Shown here in pieces: positions 24,584 to 34,163 of a stretch of DNA of 47,405 bases. The DNA comes from Solirubrobacterales bacterium (lineage in GTDB: Bacteria; Actinomycetota; Thermoleophilia; Solirubrobacterales; Solirubrobacteraceae), in contig JBIOES010000001.1 of NCBI GenBank assembly GCA_044446265.1, forward strand, positions 1 through 47,405, read 5' to 3'. Within the stretch, counting starts at the first letter, position 1. Each line of letters begins with the position of its first letter. The notes under the pieces were generated by a model. That model was not told the origin of the DNA, made no database searches, and saw nothing but the letters and a program-made list of their open reading frames with translations. Both the position numbers and the translations under genes were made by a program.

Positions 24584-25678
24584 CTATGTGATCGGTGAGC
24601 CGTTGCACTGCAGACCGGCGACCGCTTCCTTGGACTTGGCGAGAATCGACGCGGGCAGCGCCGCGTAGTCGGCCTGCGCGAGCACGCTCTGACCGGCCGA
24701 ACCCAGCCCGTATTCGAGGAACGCCTTGACGCCCTTGGCGGCTCCTTCGCCACCGGGGGTGCCGGCCTTGCAGAGGTCCTTGTTGACCACGATGAACGTC
24801 TGCGAGGCGATCGGGTAGGCGCCCGCGCCCGCGGGGTTCTTGATCGCGAAGCCCAGGTTCGCGGGGACTTCGATCCCTTCGGCGGCCGCGCTCGTGGAGG
24901 CGAGCGTGGGCGCGATGTAGTTGCCGGCCTTGTTCTTCACGCTCGCGTAGGTGAAGTTGTGCTGCAGGGCGTATGCCTGCTCCACGTACCCCACCGCGCC
25001 GGTCGTCTGCGAGATCGCGCCCGCGACGCCCGCGTTGCCCTTGGCGCCGGTGCCCGTGGGCCACGGCACGTCCTTGCCCGAGCCCACCTTGCTCGCCCAT
25101 TCGGGGTCCACCGCGGCGAGGAAGCCGGTGAAGCCGGCGGTGGTGCCCGAGGAGTCCGAGCGGTGGATCACCGTGATGGCGGTGCTCGGCAGGGTGACGC
25201 CGGGGTTCAGCGCGGCGATCGCCGCGTCGTTCCACTTGGAGATCTTGCCCAGGAAGATGCCCGCGAGCGTCGTGCCGTCGAGCTTCAGGCCGGTCTTCAC
25301 GCCGGGGAGGTTGTAGGAGACGGTGATCGCGCCCAGGAACATCGGCACCTGCACCGCGGGGCTGCCGTTCTTTTCCAGAGCGGCTTCTTCGGGGGCCTTC
25401 AGCGGCGGATCGGAGGCGCCGAAGTCCACCGTCTTGCTCACCAGGGCGGTGATGCCGGCGCCCGAGCCGACGGGCTGGTAGTTGACCACCAGGGGCGCGA
25501 GCTGCGAGGCCCACTGCTCGTACACCGGCGCCGCGAAGGTGGAGCCCGCGCCGGAGATCGTGCCGGACACGCTGCTGCTGTCCGTGGTGCTGGAACTGGA
25601 ACTGCTCGAACCACATGCGGCAAGGGCGAGCGTGAGCACGCCGGCGCACAGCAGCGCGCCTACATTGTTCTTGGTCAC
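24584..25678 (-). CDS. pstS: Phosphate-binding lipoprotein PstS (classical type)
   Basis: Lipobox LAAC, GAGSTF, YQPVGSGAG, DFGASD, RSDSSGTT, GAKGNAGV, YPIASQTF. Confidence 0.95.
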   Translation of the reverse strand: MTKNNVGALLCAGVLTLALAACGSSSSSSSTTDSSSVSGTISGAGSTFAAPVYEQWASQLAPLVVNYQPVGSGAGITALVSKTVDFGASDPPLKAPEEAALEKNGSPAVQVPMFLGAITVSYNLPGVKTGLKLDGTTLAGIFLGKISKWNDAAIAALNPGVTLPSTAITVIHRSDSSGTTAGFTGFLAAVDPEWASKVGSGKDVPWPTGTGAKGNAGVAGAISQTTGAVGYVEQAYALQHNFTYASVKNKAGNYIAPTLASTSAAAEGIEVPANLGFAIKNPAGAGAYPIASQTFIVVNKDLCKAGTPGGEGAAKGVKAFLEYGLGSAGQSVLAQADYAALPASILAKSKEAVAGLQCNGSPIT

Positions 25679-25775
25679 TGCGTCTCCTCTGGCTCTGAGT
25701 GTTGACGGCGGCAGCCCGAGCCGTGCCCTTCAGGGCAGGGGAGCGTCTGGTCTGCCTGCCAAGTGCCTTTCGCGC

Positions 25776-25819
25776 AGTCTGATCAGATGGGTACCGCCTG
25801 CGTGTGAACATCTCGTGAA
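25776..25819 (-). promoter_or_regulatory. PHO-box-like promoter of pstSCAB-phoU
   Basis: Minus strand TTCACG-AGATG-TTCACA (25819-25803), 21-nt gap, then CAGACT -10-like hexamer (25781-25776). Confidence 0.65.
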
Positions 25820-26142
25820 GGTTGGGGCTGGAAGCGATAGCCGAAGCCCGGGTGGGTGTGGATGAAGCGGCGATCGGGCATCGCGACTTCCAGCTTGCCG
25901 CGCAGCTTGGAGACGTACACGTCCACCGAGCGATCCCCTGCGCGCAGCTCTCGCTCCCACACGCTGGTGTAGAGCTCCTCGCGGGTCACGATCGCCCCCG
26001 CCCGCTTGGCCATCGCCACCAGCAGCTCGAACTCCCGCACCGACAGCGTGAGCGCTCGGCCGGTGGCGAGCACGAGGCCCTCGCCGAGCCTGATCTCCAG
26101 CTCGCCCGCGTACAGTGTGCCATTGTCGCGAGACTCCTCCAT
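25783..26142 (-). CDS. Stand-alone OmpR/PhoB-type winged-helix protein with no receiver domain, copy 1
   Basis: About 119 aa: LSVREFELL...TREEL...DRSVDVYVSKLRGKL...IHTHPGFGYRF; no room for a receiver before the divergent DUF47 gene. Confidence 0.85.
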   Translation of the reverse strand: MEESRDNGTLYAGELEIRLGEGLVLATGRALTLSVREFELLVAMAKRAGAIVTREELYTSVWERELRAGDRSVDVYVSKLRGKLEVAMPDRRFIHTHPGFGYRFQPQPSRDVHTQAVPI

Positions 26143-26187
26143 CGACCGGCATGATGGATCTCTCCGCACGCCATCGCGTTGCGATCC

Positions 26188-26226
26188 AGTGATCGGTAGG
26201 TGAAAAAGTCGTGAAAAAGTCGTGGC
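26188..26226 (-). promoter_or_regulatory. Four-unit PHO-box-like array between wHTH-1 and DUF47
   Basis: Minus strand GCCACG-ACTTT-TTCACG-ACTTT-TTCACC-TACCG-ATCACT; plus strand shows the perfect tandem gtgaaaaagtc x2. Confidence 0.65.
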
Positions 26227-26255
26227 CGACGCGGAGGCGTCAATATCCTGCCCCG

Positions 26256-26890
26256 ATGTCTTTCCTGAGCCGCGCCCCCGACGCGATCCTGATGGCCCTC
26301 GTGGAGGAGGCAGGGCGCAACGTGCAACGCTCGGGCCTCTTGCTGCGCGACCTGCTCGCCGACTTCCCCGAGCACGCCTCGCTCGCGCGCGATTTGAAGG
26401 TGTGCGAGCAGGAGGGCGATCGCATCACCCACGACATCATCCACCGCCTCACGGGGGGGAGGCGCGTGAGCGCGCCCTTCGACACCGGCGACGGCTACGC
26501 GCTGGCGACGGCGCTCGATGACATCGTCGATCACACCGAGCAGGCCGCCGCGCAGCTGGGGCTCACGGCGTGGAGGCTCCGATGGAGCAGTCGCTGGAGT
26601 TCGCCGAGGTGCTCGTGGGCGCCGGCGAGCAGATCGCCCGCGCGCTGCGCTGCCTGCGCACCGGCACCGAGCTCGCGCCCCACCTGGTGGAGATCCACCG
26701 CCTGGAGAACGAGGGCGATCGCCTCCAGCGCGACGCCGTCGCCTCGCTGTTCGCGGGCGGCATCGACCCGATGGTCGTGATCCGCTGGAAGGACATCTTC
26801 GAGTCGCTCGAGGCCGCCGTCGACGCCTGCGAGACCGTAGCCCACGTGCTGGAGGGCATCACGCTCAAGCAGCGTGGGCGGCGACGCTAG
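26256..26890 (+). pseudogene. DUF47 / PhoU-like phosphate transport regulator, frameshifted (or sequencing error)
   Basis: The two halves carry EQEGDRITH...PFD..D...LATALDDIVD and IHRLENEGD...IRWKDIFESLEAAVDACE. One base is missing at 26564/26565 (ctc-ac-ggc-gtg-gag). TATCCT lies 6 nt before the ATG. Confidence 0.82.
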
Positions 26891-26928
26891 GGCCCACGGC
26901 CCTTACCGTGCAAAAGATCTTCGGGCAG

Positions 26929-26964
26929 AAGAACTTATTGCGCAATAAGTTCTTGCGCAATAAG
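26929..26964. repeat. Perfect 26-bp AT-rich palindrome plus partial direct repeat
   Basis: AAGAACTTATTGCGCAATAAGTTCTT (26929-26954) equals its own reverse complement; TTGCGCAATAAG occurs at 26938 and 26953. Confidence 0.9.
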
Positions 26965-26986
26965 AAGCCTTGCGTTGGCGAAGCTC

Positions 26987-27862
26987 CTAAAGCGTGCTCG
27001 CCGGAGCGCTCACCTGCAGCTGCGTGCCCCGCGGATTGCCGATGAAGAACACCTGGAAGGGTGTGCTCTGCCCGGCGGGGACTTCCGGGAGCACCGCTCG
27101 TCCCGCTGCCACGATGCGCCCCGCGCGGCGCCCGACGGCGTACACCACGAGCTTCTGCTGCGTCACCTTCGAGGCGTTGAGCACCGTGCCCTCCTCGCCC
27201 ACGCCGTTGCTGGGGTCTTCGAAGACGTGCACTCCGCGCACGCTCAGCTGAGGCGTCGCTCCGCTCGAGTTGGCGGGTTGGCCTGGCTGCCCGCCCACCG
27301 CGGTTGGTTCGCCCACCCTTGCGTTCACCCTCGCGGGCGCCGTAGCGGTCGTGGGGATCTGGTCGTCCACCCATACCGTTTCCCGCCCCGGCTCCAGCAG
27401 CGGCACCGAGACAAGCGTGGGGTCGAGGCCCGGCGCGTTGTTCTGGTAGAGAGTCCTGCCCGCGGCGTCGCTGACGGAGATCGCGATCGGCGTGTTGCGC
27501 AGCGCCCCGGTGGAGGTATTGCGCAGGCTCACCACCACCGCCGTCCCGTTTTCGTCGTGCACCGCCACGGCCTCCACGACCTTCACATGGGGGCTCTCGC
27601 GCGTCACCACCAATCCCTTCTGCACGGCCACGGGGTGCGCCAGGCGCTCCTTTTCGAGCTTCGCGCTCCGCTCTGCATTCGTCTCGCAGCCGCTCACCGC
27701 CAGCGCGCCGGCCAGCGCCATGAGGACGGTTGCCACCACGCGGCCCGCTCGGCCGCCCTTTGACTGGGATCCCGCCAGACCTGGGACCCAGCCGGCCCTT
27801 CTCCTCCTTCCCTTCCCTCGGCGTGGCATGTGCGTCGTCCGTTGCCCTGCGCCCCGGCTCAC
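26987..27862 (-). CDS. Lipoprotein with two beta-rich (Ig/FxLYD-like) modules, last gene of pst operon 2
   Basis: Basic N-term, hydrophobic stretch and LAVSGC lipobox; repeated pattern V..RN/LN...D/GR...L.PG/AG; GTGA overlap with pstB2 stop. Confidence 0.65.
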   Translation of the reverse strand: MSRGAGQRTTHMPRRGKGRRRRAGWVPGLAGSQSKGGRAGRVVATVLMALAGALAVSGCETNAERSAKLEKERLAHPVAVQKGLVVTRESPHVKVVEAVAVHDENGTAVVVSLRNTSTGALRNTPIAISVSDAAGRTLYQNNAPGLDPTLVSVPLLEPGRETVWVDDQIPTTATAPARVNARVGEPTAVGGQPGQPANSSGATPQLSVRGVHVFEDPSNGVGEEGTVLNASKVTQQKLVVYAVGRRAGRIVAAGRAVLPEVPAGQSTPFQVFFIGNPRGTQLQVSAPASTL

Positions 27863-28803
27863 CCGAAGGCGCCGCTGATGTACTCGCGCGTGCGCTGCTC
27901 GCGGGGGCGATCGAAGACCTGCTCGCTGGGGCCGTACTCGATCAGCTCGCCGAGGTGCATGAAGGCGACGTGATCGGCCACGCGGAATGCCTGCTGGAGG
28001 TTGTGCGTCACGATCACGATCGCCACGCTCTCGCGCAGGCCCACGATCAGCTCCTCGATCGTCGCGGTGGAGATCGGGTCGAGCGCCGAGCAGGGCTCAT
28101 CGAGCAGCAGCACCTCCGGCTTCACCGCCAGCGCCCGCGCGATGCACAGGCGCTGCTGCTGGCCGCCGGAGAGGCGCAGCGCCGGGTGATCGAGGTCCGC
28201 CTTCACCTCCTCATGGAGCCCCGCGCGCCGCAGCGCCTCGATCACCGCGGGTTCGAGCTCCCTGCGCCCTCGCCGCCCGCGCGCGCGGCGAGCGCCGCGG
28301 CGCTCCTCGCGCAGCGCATACGCCACATTCTCGAACACGCTCATCGGGAACGGATTGGGCTGCTGGAAGACCATCGCGATGCGCCTGCGCAGCGCCGTCA
28401 CCTCCAGCTCATCCACATCTTGCCCATCGAGCGCGATCCGCCCCGCGCGCGAGGCTCCATCGGTGACCTCGGTGAGACGGTTCAGCGAGCGCAGCAGCGT
28501 CGTCTTGCCCGAGCCCGAGGCGCCGATCAGCGCCAGCACCTCGCCCTGGCGCACCGGCAGCGTCACATCGCGCACTACCCATCGCTCGCCGTAGGCGAGG
28601 GACACGTTCTCGATGCGCATCCGCTCGATCGCGTTCGCGGCCGGTGCCCCAACGGTGCGCGTCGCCGCCGCGGCGAGCGCTCCTCCTGGCTCGCGCGTCC
28701 CGCCCGAGCCATTGGCTGTGCGCGTTCCGGGCAGGATCCGCGTGCGGGCTGGGTGGGGTCCACTCTCCGGGGGCTCCACCACCGTCGGCTCGCGCTCCAC
28801 CAC
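27859..28803 (-). CDS. pstB: Phosphate ABC transporter ATPase (operon 2)
   Basis: [56 protein letters not shown]. True start may be 28826 across a homopolymer indel. Confidence 0.92.
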   Translation of the reverse strand: MVEREPTVVEPPESGPHPARTRILPGTRTANGSGGTREPGGALAAAATRTVGAPAANAIERMRIENVSLAYGERWVVRDVTLPVRQGEVLALIGASGSGKTTLLRSLNRLTEVTDGASRAGRIALDGQDVDELEVTALRRRIAMVFQQPNPFPMSVFENVAYALREERRGARRARGRRGRRELEPAVIEALRRAGLHEEVKADLDHPALRLSGGQQQRLCIARALAVKPEVLLLDEPCSALDPISTATIEELIVGLRESVAIVIVTHNLQQAFRVADHVAFMHLGELIEYGPSEQVFDRPREQRTREYISGAFG

Positions 28804-28825
28804 ATCCTGCGCACGGGCGGGGGCA

Positions 28826-29857
28826 TCAGCGGGTCCACGGGATCCACCTCCACATCATCTCCGGGGTCAAGCCCCACAGCCAGCGCCGCCTGCCCGAGCC
28901 CGAGCTTGCGCTCAGGCGCGTCACCAGCATGTTCAGGGCCAGCACTATCATCAGCAGCACGAACGCCGCCGCGTATGCCTTCTCCGGCGCGTTGCCTTCG
29001 CCCGCGGGCGAGTTTTCGAAGACGTAGCTCGTCAGCGTCCCGCCCGTTCCACGCAGCGTGGAGAGCAGCGGCGCTCCACCCGCGCCTTCCAGGCGCAGCG
29101 AGCTGCCCAGCAGGATCACCACGATCGCCGTATCGCCGATTATGCGGCCCATGCCCAACGTCGCGCCGCTGGCGATGTTCGGGCGAATCGAGGGCAGCAG
29201 CACGCGCCGGATGGTAGTGGCCCGGGTCTTGCCCAGCGCGTAGGACGCCTCACGCATCTGCGCGGGTATCTGCGCGAGCCCCTCGCGCGTGGCTGCCACC
29301 ACGAGCGGCAGCGCCAGCAGCGACATCATCGCCCCCGCCGCGAAGAACGAGCGCCCGTACACCGCGCCTCCCGCCGAGGTCTGCGATAGGAACGCCAGCG
29401 CCGGCCGCGCGAACACCAGCAGCCCGAAGAACGCCAGCACCACGCTCGGCGCTCCGGCGATCATTTCGACCCCCGACTCCACCGCCCGCGCCAGTCCCTC
29501 CGGGCGGCGGTACTCCGTCAGCCACACCGCCACCGCCACGCCGATCGGCGCCGCCAGCGCGATCCCGATCGCGGTCAGCAGCAAAGTGCCCTCGATCGGG
29601 TCCAGGAACCCGCCCGAGCCGAGCTGGTTCTGGCCCGCGGGGTTCGGGTGTTCCAGCAGCAGACCAGGGTGCAGGAAGGAGATGCCCTTCACCAGCATCA
29701 CCCCCACGATTATCGCCGCCAGCACGCACAGCAGCAGTCCGGCGGCCCAGCACGCCACGTACCCCACGCGGTCCACCAGCGGCCACGAGGAGATCGAGTC
29801 CTGCCCCCGCGTGCGGGGGCGCTTGGCGGGTCCGGCGACCTGCGATGCGCTGGCCAT
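28826..29857 (-). CDS. pstA: Phosphate ABC permease PstA (operon 2)
   Basis: AVWLTEY, GAPSVVLAFFG, MREASYALGKT, MGRIIGDTA; TGATG overlap with pstC2. Confidence 0.88.
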   Translation of the reverse strand: MASASQVAGPAKRPRTRGQDSISSWPLVDRVGYVACWAAGLLLCVLAAIIVGVMLVKGISFLHPGLLLEHPNPAGQNQLGSGGFLDPIEGTLLLTAIGIALAAPIGVAVAVWLTEYRRPEGLARAVESGVEMIAGAPSVVLAFFGLLVFARPALAFLSQTSAGGAVYGRSFFAAGAMMSLLALPLVVAATREGLAQIPAQMREASYALGKTRATTIRRVLLPSIRPNIASGATLGMGRIIGDTAIVVILLGSSLRLEGAGGAPLLSTLRGTGGTLTSYVFENSPAGEGNAPEKAYAAAFVLLMIVLALNMLVTRLSASSGSGRRRWLWGLTPEMMWRWIPWTR

Positions 29858-30858
29858 CAGGTGCGGATCCCGTAGCGCTTGAGAGGCTGCTTCACCGCCC
29901 ACGCAGCCAGCGAGAGCATCGCGGTGGACACCAGCACCACTGCCGCCATCGCGTACAGCGTCTGGCTCATCGGCACTACCGTCAGGTTGTCCTTGTAGGT
30001 GATGATGCTCGCCGCCAGCGGCCGCACCGGCTCATACAGCGAGGTGAGCCCATCGAGCAGGTTGGGCGCGAACCCGCGACTGCCGCCCACCATTGCGAGC
30101 ATGATCGCCTCGCCCAGCGCGCGCGCGGTGGCCAGCACGGTGCCCGCCACGATCGCGGGACGGGCCGCCCGCACCGACACCCGCCAGATCGTGCGCCAGC
30201 GGTTCACCCCCAGCGCCGCCGAGCCCTCCGTCCACGAGCGCGGCACGGCCGCGAGCGCGTTCACGGTGATCGCCACCATGATCGGAGTGATCATCACCAT
30301 CAGGATCAGGCTCGCCGTGAGCAGCCCCGCGCCGTTGAGCTGCACCACTTCGGCCACCGACTGCTTGCGCGCCTGGGAGATCAGGTGTTCGTTGACCCAC
30401 GGCACCACCACCAGGATCCCGATCAGCCCGAAGATCACCGAGGGCACCGCCGCGAGCAGCCGCACCACCGGTTCCAGCACCCGTGTGAGCGTTCGGGGGG
30501 CGAACTCCACGATGAAGATCGCGCTCAGCAGCGACAGCGCCAGCCCCAGGAGCACGGCGAAGCCCGTCGTGAGCAGCGTGTCCCAGATCAGCGGCCACGC
30601 GCGCAGGTGGTAGACGTAGTGGGCGGGGTCCGCCGGGCTGTTGATGATTGCCTTCAGCTGCACATCGACGTCGCCGCCCGGGAAGAACCATTCGATGTAC
30701 CCGTTGTGCGCGAACGACGGCCACGCCTTCACGAACACCGTCACGAGCATCGCGACGACGAACGCCAGCACGCCCACCGCCACCGCGCCGAGCAAGAGCT
30801 CAGCGCGGTGCTCTGCTGAGAAACCCAGCCTCTTCCGCGTGGGGGAGGGGCTGGGCAT
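29857..30858 (-). CDS. pstC: Phosphate ABC permease PstC (operon 2)
   Basis: [30 protein letters not shown]; start at ATG 30858 after the pstS2 stop. Confidence 0.88.
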   Translation of the reverse strand: MPSPSPTRKRLGFSAEHRAELLLGAVAVGVLAFVVAMLVTVFVKAWPSFAHNGYIEWFFPGGDVDVQLKAIINSPADPAHYVYHLRAWPLIWDTLLTTGFAVLLGLALSLLSAIFIVEFAPRTLTRVLEPVVRLLAAVPSVIFGLIGILVVVPWVNEHLISQARKQSVAEVVQLNGAGLLTASLILMVMITPIMVAITVNALAAVPRSWTEGSAALGVNRWRTIWRVSVRAARPAIVAGTVLATARALGEAIMLAMVGGSRGFAPNLLDGLTSLYEPVRPLAASIITYKDNLTVVPMSQTLYAMAAVVLVSTAMLSLAAWAVKQPLKRYGIRT

Positions 30859-30863
30859 CTCGC

Positions 30864-31694
30864 TCAGTGGACGGGAATCCACTCGCTGGCGACGATCTTC
30901 TGCACCGTCCTGTTACCCGGCTTGACGACCCACGCGATGAACTTCGCGGCCGCGCCCCTGGGTACGCCCTTGGTGACCATCCAGAAGTTACGCACGCCCT
31001 GGTACTGCCCGGACTTGGCGTTGCGCAGCGTGCAGGGGATGCCCTGGTAGCTCACCGCGTTGGCCCCAGCTGTGAAGGCGAACGAGGCGAACCCGATCCC
31101 GTTCTTGTCGCCGATCACCGCCTGGCGCATCGTGCCGTTGGATTCCTCGGAGGACGCGCCGGGGGAGATCTTCAGGTTTTCGCCGAGGAAGATGTTCTGG
31201 AAGGCGTCCTGCGTACCGGAGGAGGACACGCGCTGGAACAGATCGATCGGGCCCGAGACGCTCGCGCCGGGCACTTCGCTCCAGTTACGCACCTGGCCCG
31301 TGAAGATCTGCTGCACCGTCTGCTGGTTGAGGTTGCTCAGGCGGTTGGCGGGGTTGGTGATGATGCACACCCCATCGCGCGCGATCTTGGTGAACACGAG
31401 TCCCTTCGGGTCCACGCCGATGATCGGATCGCGCGAGACATCGCCGATGTCCACCCTGCCGCTGCTCACATCGCTGATACCCACTCCCGAGGTGCCCTGC
31501 CCGACCTTGGGGGTGGGCTGGTGGGTGGCCTTGTGGTAGGCCGCCGCGAGCTGGTTCATCAGCGGGAATACCGACGTCGATCCGTCGATCAGCAGCGAGC
31601 GCGCAGAGGCGGCGGCGGGCACGCTCGCCAGCGCGAGCACCGCCAGCAGGGCTCCGATCGAGGACAGCGAGGACAGCTTCATCTTGCTTGGCAC
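30864..31694 (-). CDS. pstS: Phosphate-binding protein of the second PstS type (DGSTSV), Sec signal peptide without lipobox
   Basis: AAASA|RSLLIDGSTSVFPL, DIGDVSRD, IARDG, IFTGQVRNW, SSGT..AF, SNG; GTG start with AAGGAG RBS. Confidence 0.88.
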   Translation of the reverse strand: MPSKMKLSSLSSIGALLAVLALASVPAAASARSLLIDGSTSVFPLMNQLAAAYHKATHQPTPKVGQGTSGVGISDVSSGRVDIGDVSRDPIIGVDPKGLVFTKIARDGVCIITNPANRLSNLNQQTVQQIFTGQVRNWSEVPGASVSGPIDLFQRVSSSGTQDAFQNIFLGENLKISPGASSEESNGTMRQAVIGDKNGIGFASFAFTAGANAVSYQGIPCTLRNAKSGQYQGVRNFWMVTKGVPRGAAAKFIAWVVKPGNRTVQKIVASEWIPVH

Positions 31695-31777
31695 GTGTAG
31701 CTCCTTTTGAGGGGGGAAGGAGAGGCAGGACCCGGGTGTGCCCCGGGCTGGTCGGAGTAACCCCGGAGAGCAGGCAA

Positions 31778-31882
31778 AGTCTCGGTGGAGAGCCCTCCAG
31801 CAGGGTGAACGGTAGGTGTCTCTTTGGATAAAATTTGGATAACACGTGGGATATGCTCCCCGAGCTGTAACAGAATTGTGAA
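31778..31882 (-). promoter_or_regulatory. Extended PHO-box-like arrays upstream of pstS2 / divergent ftsH
   Basis: Minus strand TTCACA-ATTCT-GTTACA (31882-31866) and TTATCC-AAATT-TTATCC-AAAGA-GACACC-TACCG-TTCACC (31842-31804), then GAGACT 20 nt downstream. Confidence 0.65.
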
Positions 31883-32024
31883 CAGCCATTGCTTTCGTGG
31901 GAGGTCGCTGTGACACTGCCCGCCTCGAGCTCGCTCGGTCCTGGCGCCGTGGTCGTGTGCCTCGATGAGCCTTCTCGGCGTTCGTACGTCCCCTCCCCTT
32001 CTTCCTCCTCCTCTCTCTTCCTCC

Positions 32025-34163
32025 ATGAACGACGAGCAGCTTCCAAAGCCAAACGGCGCTCCCAAACCCAACGGCTCGCTGGCGTCCACCGGCGCTCCCA
32101 CCAACGGCCGCCGCCCCTCTGGGCAGGTGCGCTCGGGCCTGGCGCAGCGGCGCAACCCCGTGTCGGCGGGCTTGGAAACAGCTCTGCAGGCGGTCGCGCG
32201 CGTGCTCCTGCGCGATCCGCTCACCACCTTCCTAGCGCTTGCCTCGATCGGCCTCGCGCTCACCTTCGCGCTGTTGCTGGGTTCGATCGGTCCCTCCAGC
32301 GTGGGGCGCCAGATTCCCCTCAGCCGCGTGGAAGCCCTCACGAAGAACAAGGAAATCGCCCTCGCCGTGCTGCTCGATCACGACAACCGCGTCGAGCTCA
32401 CCACGCGCGCGGTGCTCCCCAAGTCCTCCACCACCATCCCCTCCGCCTCGCCGGCCCTGCCGGTGGGCCCCGCCGAACAGGTGTGGGCCTCCTACCCGAG
32501 CTCGGGCGCCCAAACCCAGGCGCTGCTCGCGAGCCTCGGCAAGAGCGGCGCGATCGTTACCGTCGATCAGCAGTCGGGCAAGACCCTGCGCACGATCGTC
32601 GTGCAGTTCCTGATCCCGATCCTGCTGCTCGTGTGCCTGTTCGCGTTCTTCACCCGCCTCGGCGCCGACGGTGGAGCGGGGGGGATCGCGGGCTTCTCGC
32701 GCTTCACCGGCAAGGGCAAGCGCAAGGGCAAGGGCACCGCAGATCGGATCTCCTTCGCCGACGTCGCCGGCGCGGGCGAGGCGGTGGCCGAGCTGCGCGA
32801 GATCCGCGACTACCTCGCCGAACCGGAGAAGTACCTGCGCGTCGGCGCTGCGGCCCCCAAGGGCGTGCTCCTGGTGGGCCCCCCCGGCACCGGCAAGACG
32901 CTGCTCGCGAAGGCCGTCGCGGGCGAGGCCGACGCGTCGTTCTTCTCGCTCTCGGGCTCGGACTTCGTGGAGTCGCTCGTGGGCGTTGGCGCGGCGCGCG
33001 TGCGCGACCAGTTCGCCAATGCCCCCAACGCCGCGCCCCCGATCATCTTCAACGACGAGTTCGACGCCGCGGGACGCAAGCGCGGCGCCGGCATCGGTCA
33101 GGGCAACGACGAGCGCGAGCAGACCCTCAACGCGCTGCTAGTCGAGATGGACGGCTTCTCCGGCGACGGCGGCCTGGTCGTGATGGGCGCCACCAACCGC
33201 CCCGACGTGCTCGACCCCGCGCTGCTGCGCCCCGGGCGCTTCGATCGCCAGGTCACGATCGACGTCCCCGACGTGCACGGCCGTCTGGAGATCCTGCGCC
33301 TGCACGGCGCCAAGCGCCCGCTCGCCCCCGACGCCTCACTGGAGGAGGTCGCCCGCCAGACCCCCGGCTTCTCCGGCGCCGAGCTCGCCAACGTGATCAA
33401 CGAGGCCGCGCTGCTGAGCGTGCGCGACGCCCAGGCGACGATCGAGCAGGCGACGCTCGAGGAGGCGATCGATCGCGTCGTCGCGGGCCCTGCCAAGAAG
33501 CACATCCTCACGCGCGAAGAGCGCTGGCTGATCGCGATCCACGAGTCCTCCCACGCGGTCGTCACCGAAGCCCTCGGCCAGGAGAGCTCCACGCGCAAGC
33601 TCTCGATCGTCGCGCGCGGGCGCACGCTCGGCACCGCCGCGCACATGCTCACCGACCGCGATCAGGTGATCCAGGCCGAACCCGACCTGCAGCGCCAGCT
33701 GATCGTGATCGCCGCGGGCGCCGCCGGCGAGCGCATGGCCTTCGGGCACGTCTCCACCGGCGTGAGCGACGATTTGCACGCCGCCACCTCGCTCGCGCGC
33801 AGCATGGTGACCTCGTTCGGTATGTCCAAGGCGCTCGGGCCCGTCACGATCGGCGAGAAGGGCGGCGAGGTGTTCCTCGGCGCCTCCCTCCAGGATCTTG
33901 GCTCGGTGGGGCCCTCCACGCTCGACTTGATCGACCGCGAGGTCGAGCGCCTCGTGGGCGACGCCGAGGCTCGCGCCTCCGCGGTGCTGGATCGCAACTG
34001 GCAGGCCGTCGAGGAGACCGCCAACGCGCTGCTCGAGCACGAGACGCTCTCCGGCGAGGCGCTGGAGGCCGTGCTCTCCACCGTCCAGGAGATGACCCTC
34101 GAGGATTTGCGCGACGTGCGCCGCGACTCCCCCGAGGCGGACCCGCGGCCCGAGAAACGATGA
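32025..34163 (+). CDS. ftsH: FtsH-family membrane AAA+ zinc metalloprotease (divergent paralog)
   Basis: Two TM helices, [10 protein letters not shown] Walker [49 protein letters not shown]. Start at 32025 or 31965. Confidence 0.9.
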   Translation: MNDEQLPKPNGAPKPNGSLASTGAPTNGRRPSGQVRSGLAQRRNPVSAGLETALQAVARVLLRDPLTTFLALASIGLALTFALLLGSIGPSSVGRQIPLSRVEALTKNKEIALAVLLDHDNRVELTTRAVLPKSSTTIPSASPALPVGPAEQVWASYPSSGAQTQALLASLGKSGAIVTVDQQSGKTLRTIVVQFLIPILLLVCLFAFFTRLGADGGAGGIAGFSRFTGKGKRKGKGTADRISFADVAGAGEAVAELREIRDYLAEPEKYLRVGAAAPKGVLLVGPPGTGKTLLAKAVAGEADASFFSLSGSDFVESLVGVGAARVRDQFANAPNAAPPIIFNDEFDAAGRKRGAGIGQGNDEREQTLNALLVEMDGFSGDGGLVVMGATNRPDVLDPALLRPGRFDRQVTIDVPDVHGRLEILRLHGAKRPLAPDASLEEVARQTPGFSGAELANVINEAALLSVRDAQATIEQATLEEAIDRVVAGPAKKHILTREERWLIAIHESSHAVVTEALGQESSTRKLSIVARGRTLGTAAHMLTDRDQVIQAEPDLQRQLIVIAAGAAGERMAFGHVSTGVSDDLHAATSLARSMVTSFGMSKALGPVTIGEKGGEVFLGASLQDLGSVGPSTLDLIDREVERLVGDAEARASAVLDRNWQAVEETANALLEHETLSGEALEAVLSTVQEMTLEDLRDVRRDSPEADPRPEKR

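Noticed and set aside
26199-26224. gtgaaaaagtc tandem as CRISPR or VNTR
   Set aside because: Only about 2.3 units with no spacers; better explained as operator repeats
26929-26954. Palindrome as dif or parS
   Set aside because: It does not match the parS (GTTTCACGTGAAAC) pattern or the two-arm-plus-spacer dif layout that I recognise
31823-31842. TTATCCAAA x2 as DnaA boxes / oriC
   Set aside because: They are mismatched to TTATCCACA, there is no dnaA context, and they sit in exact 11-bp phase with the PHO-like units
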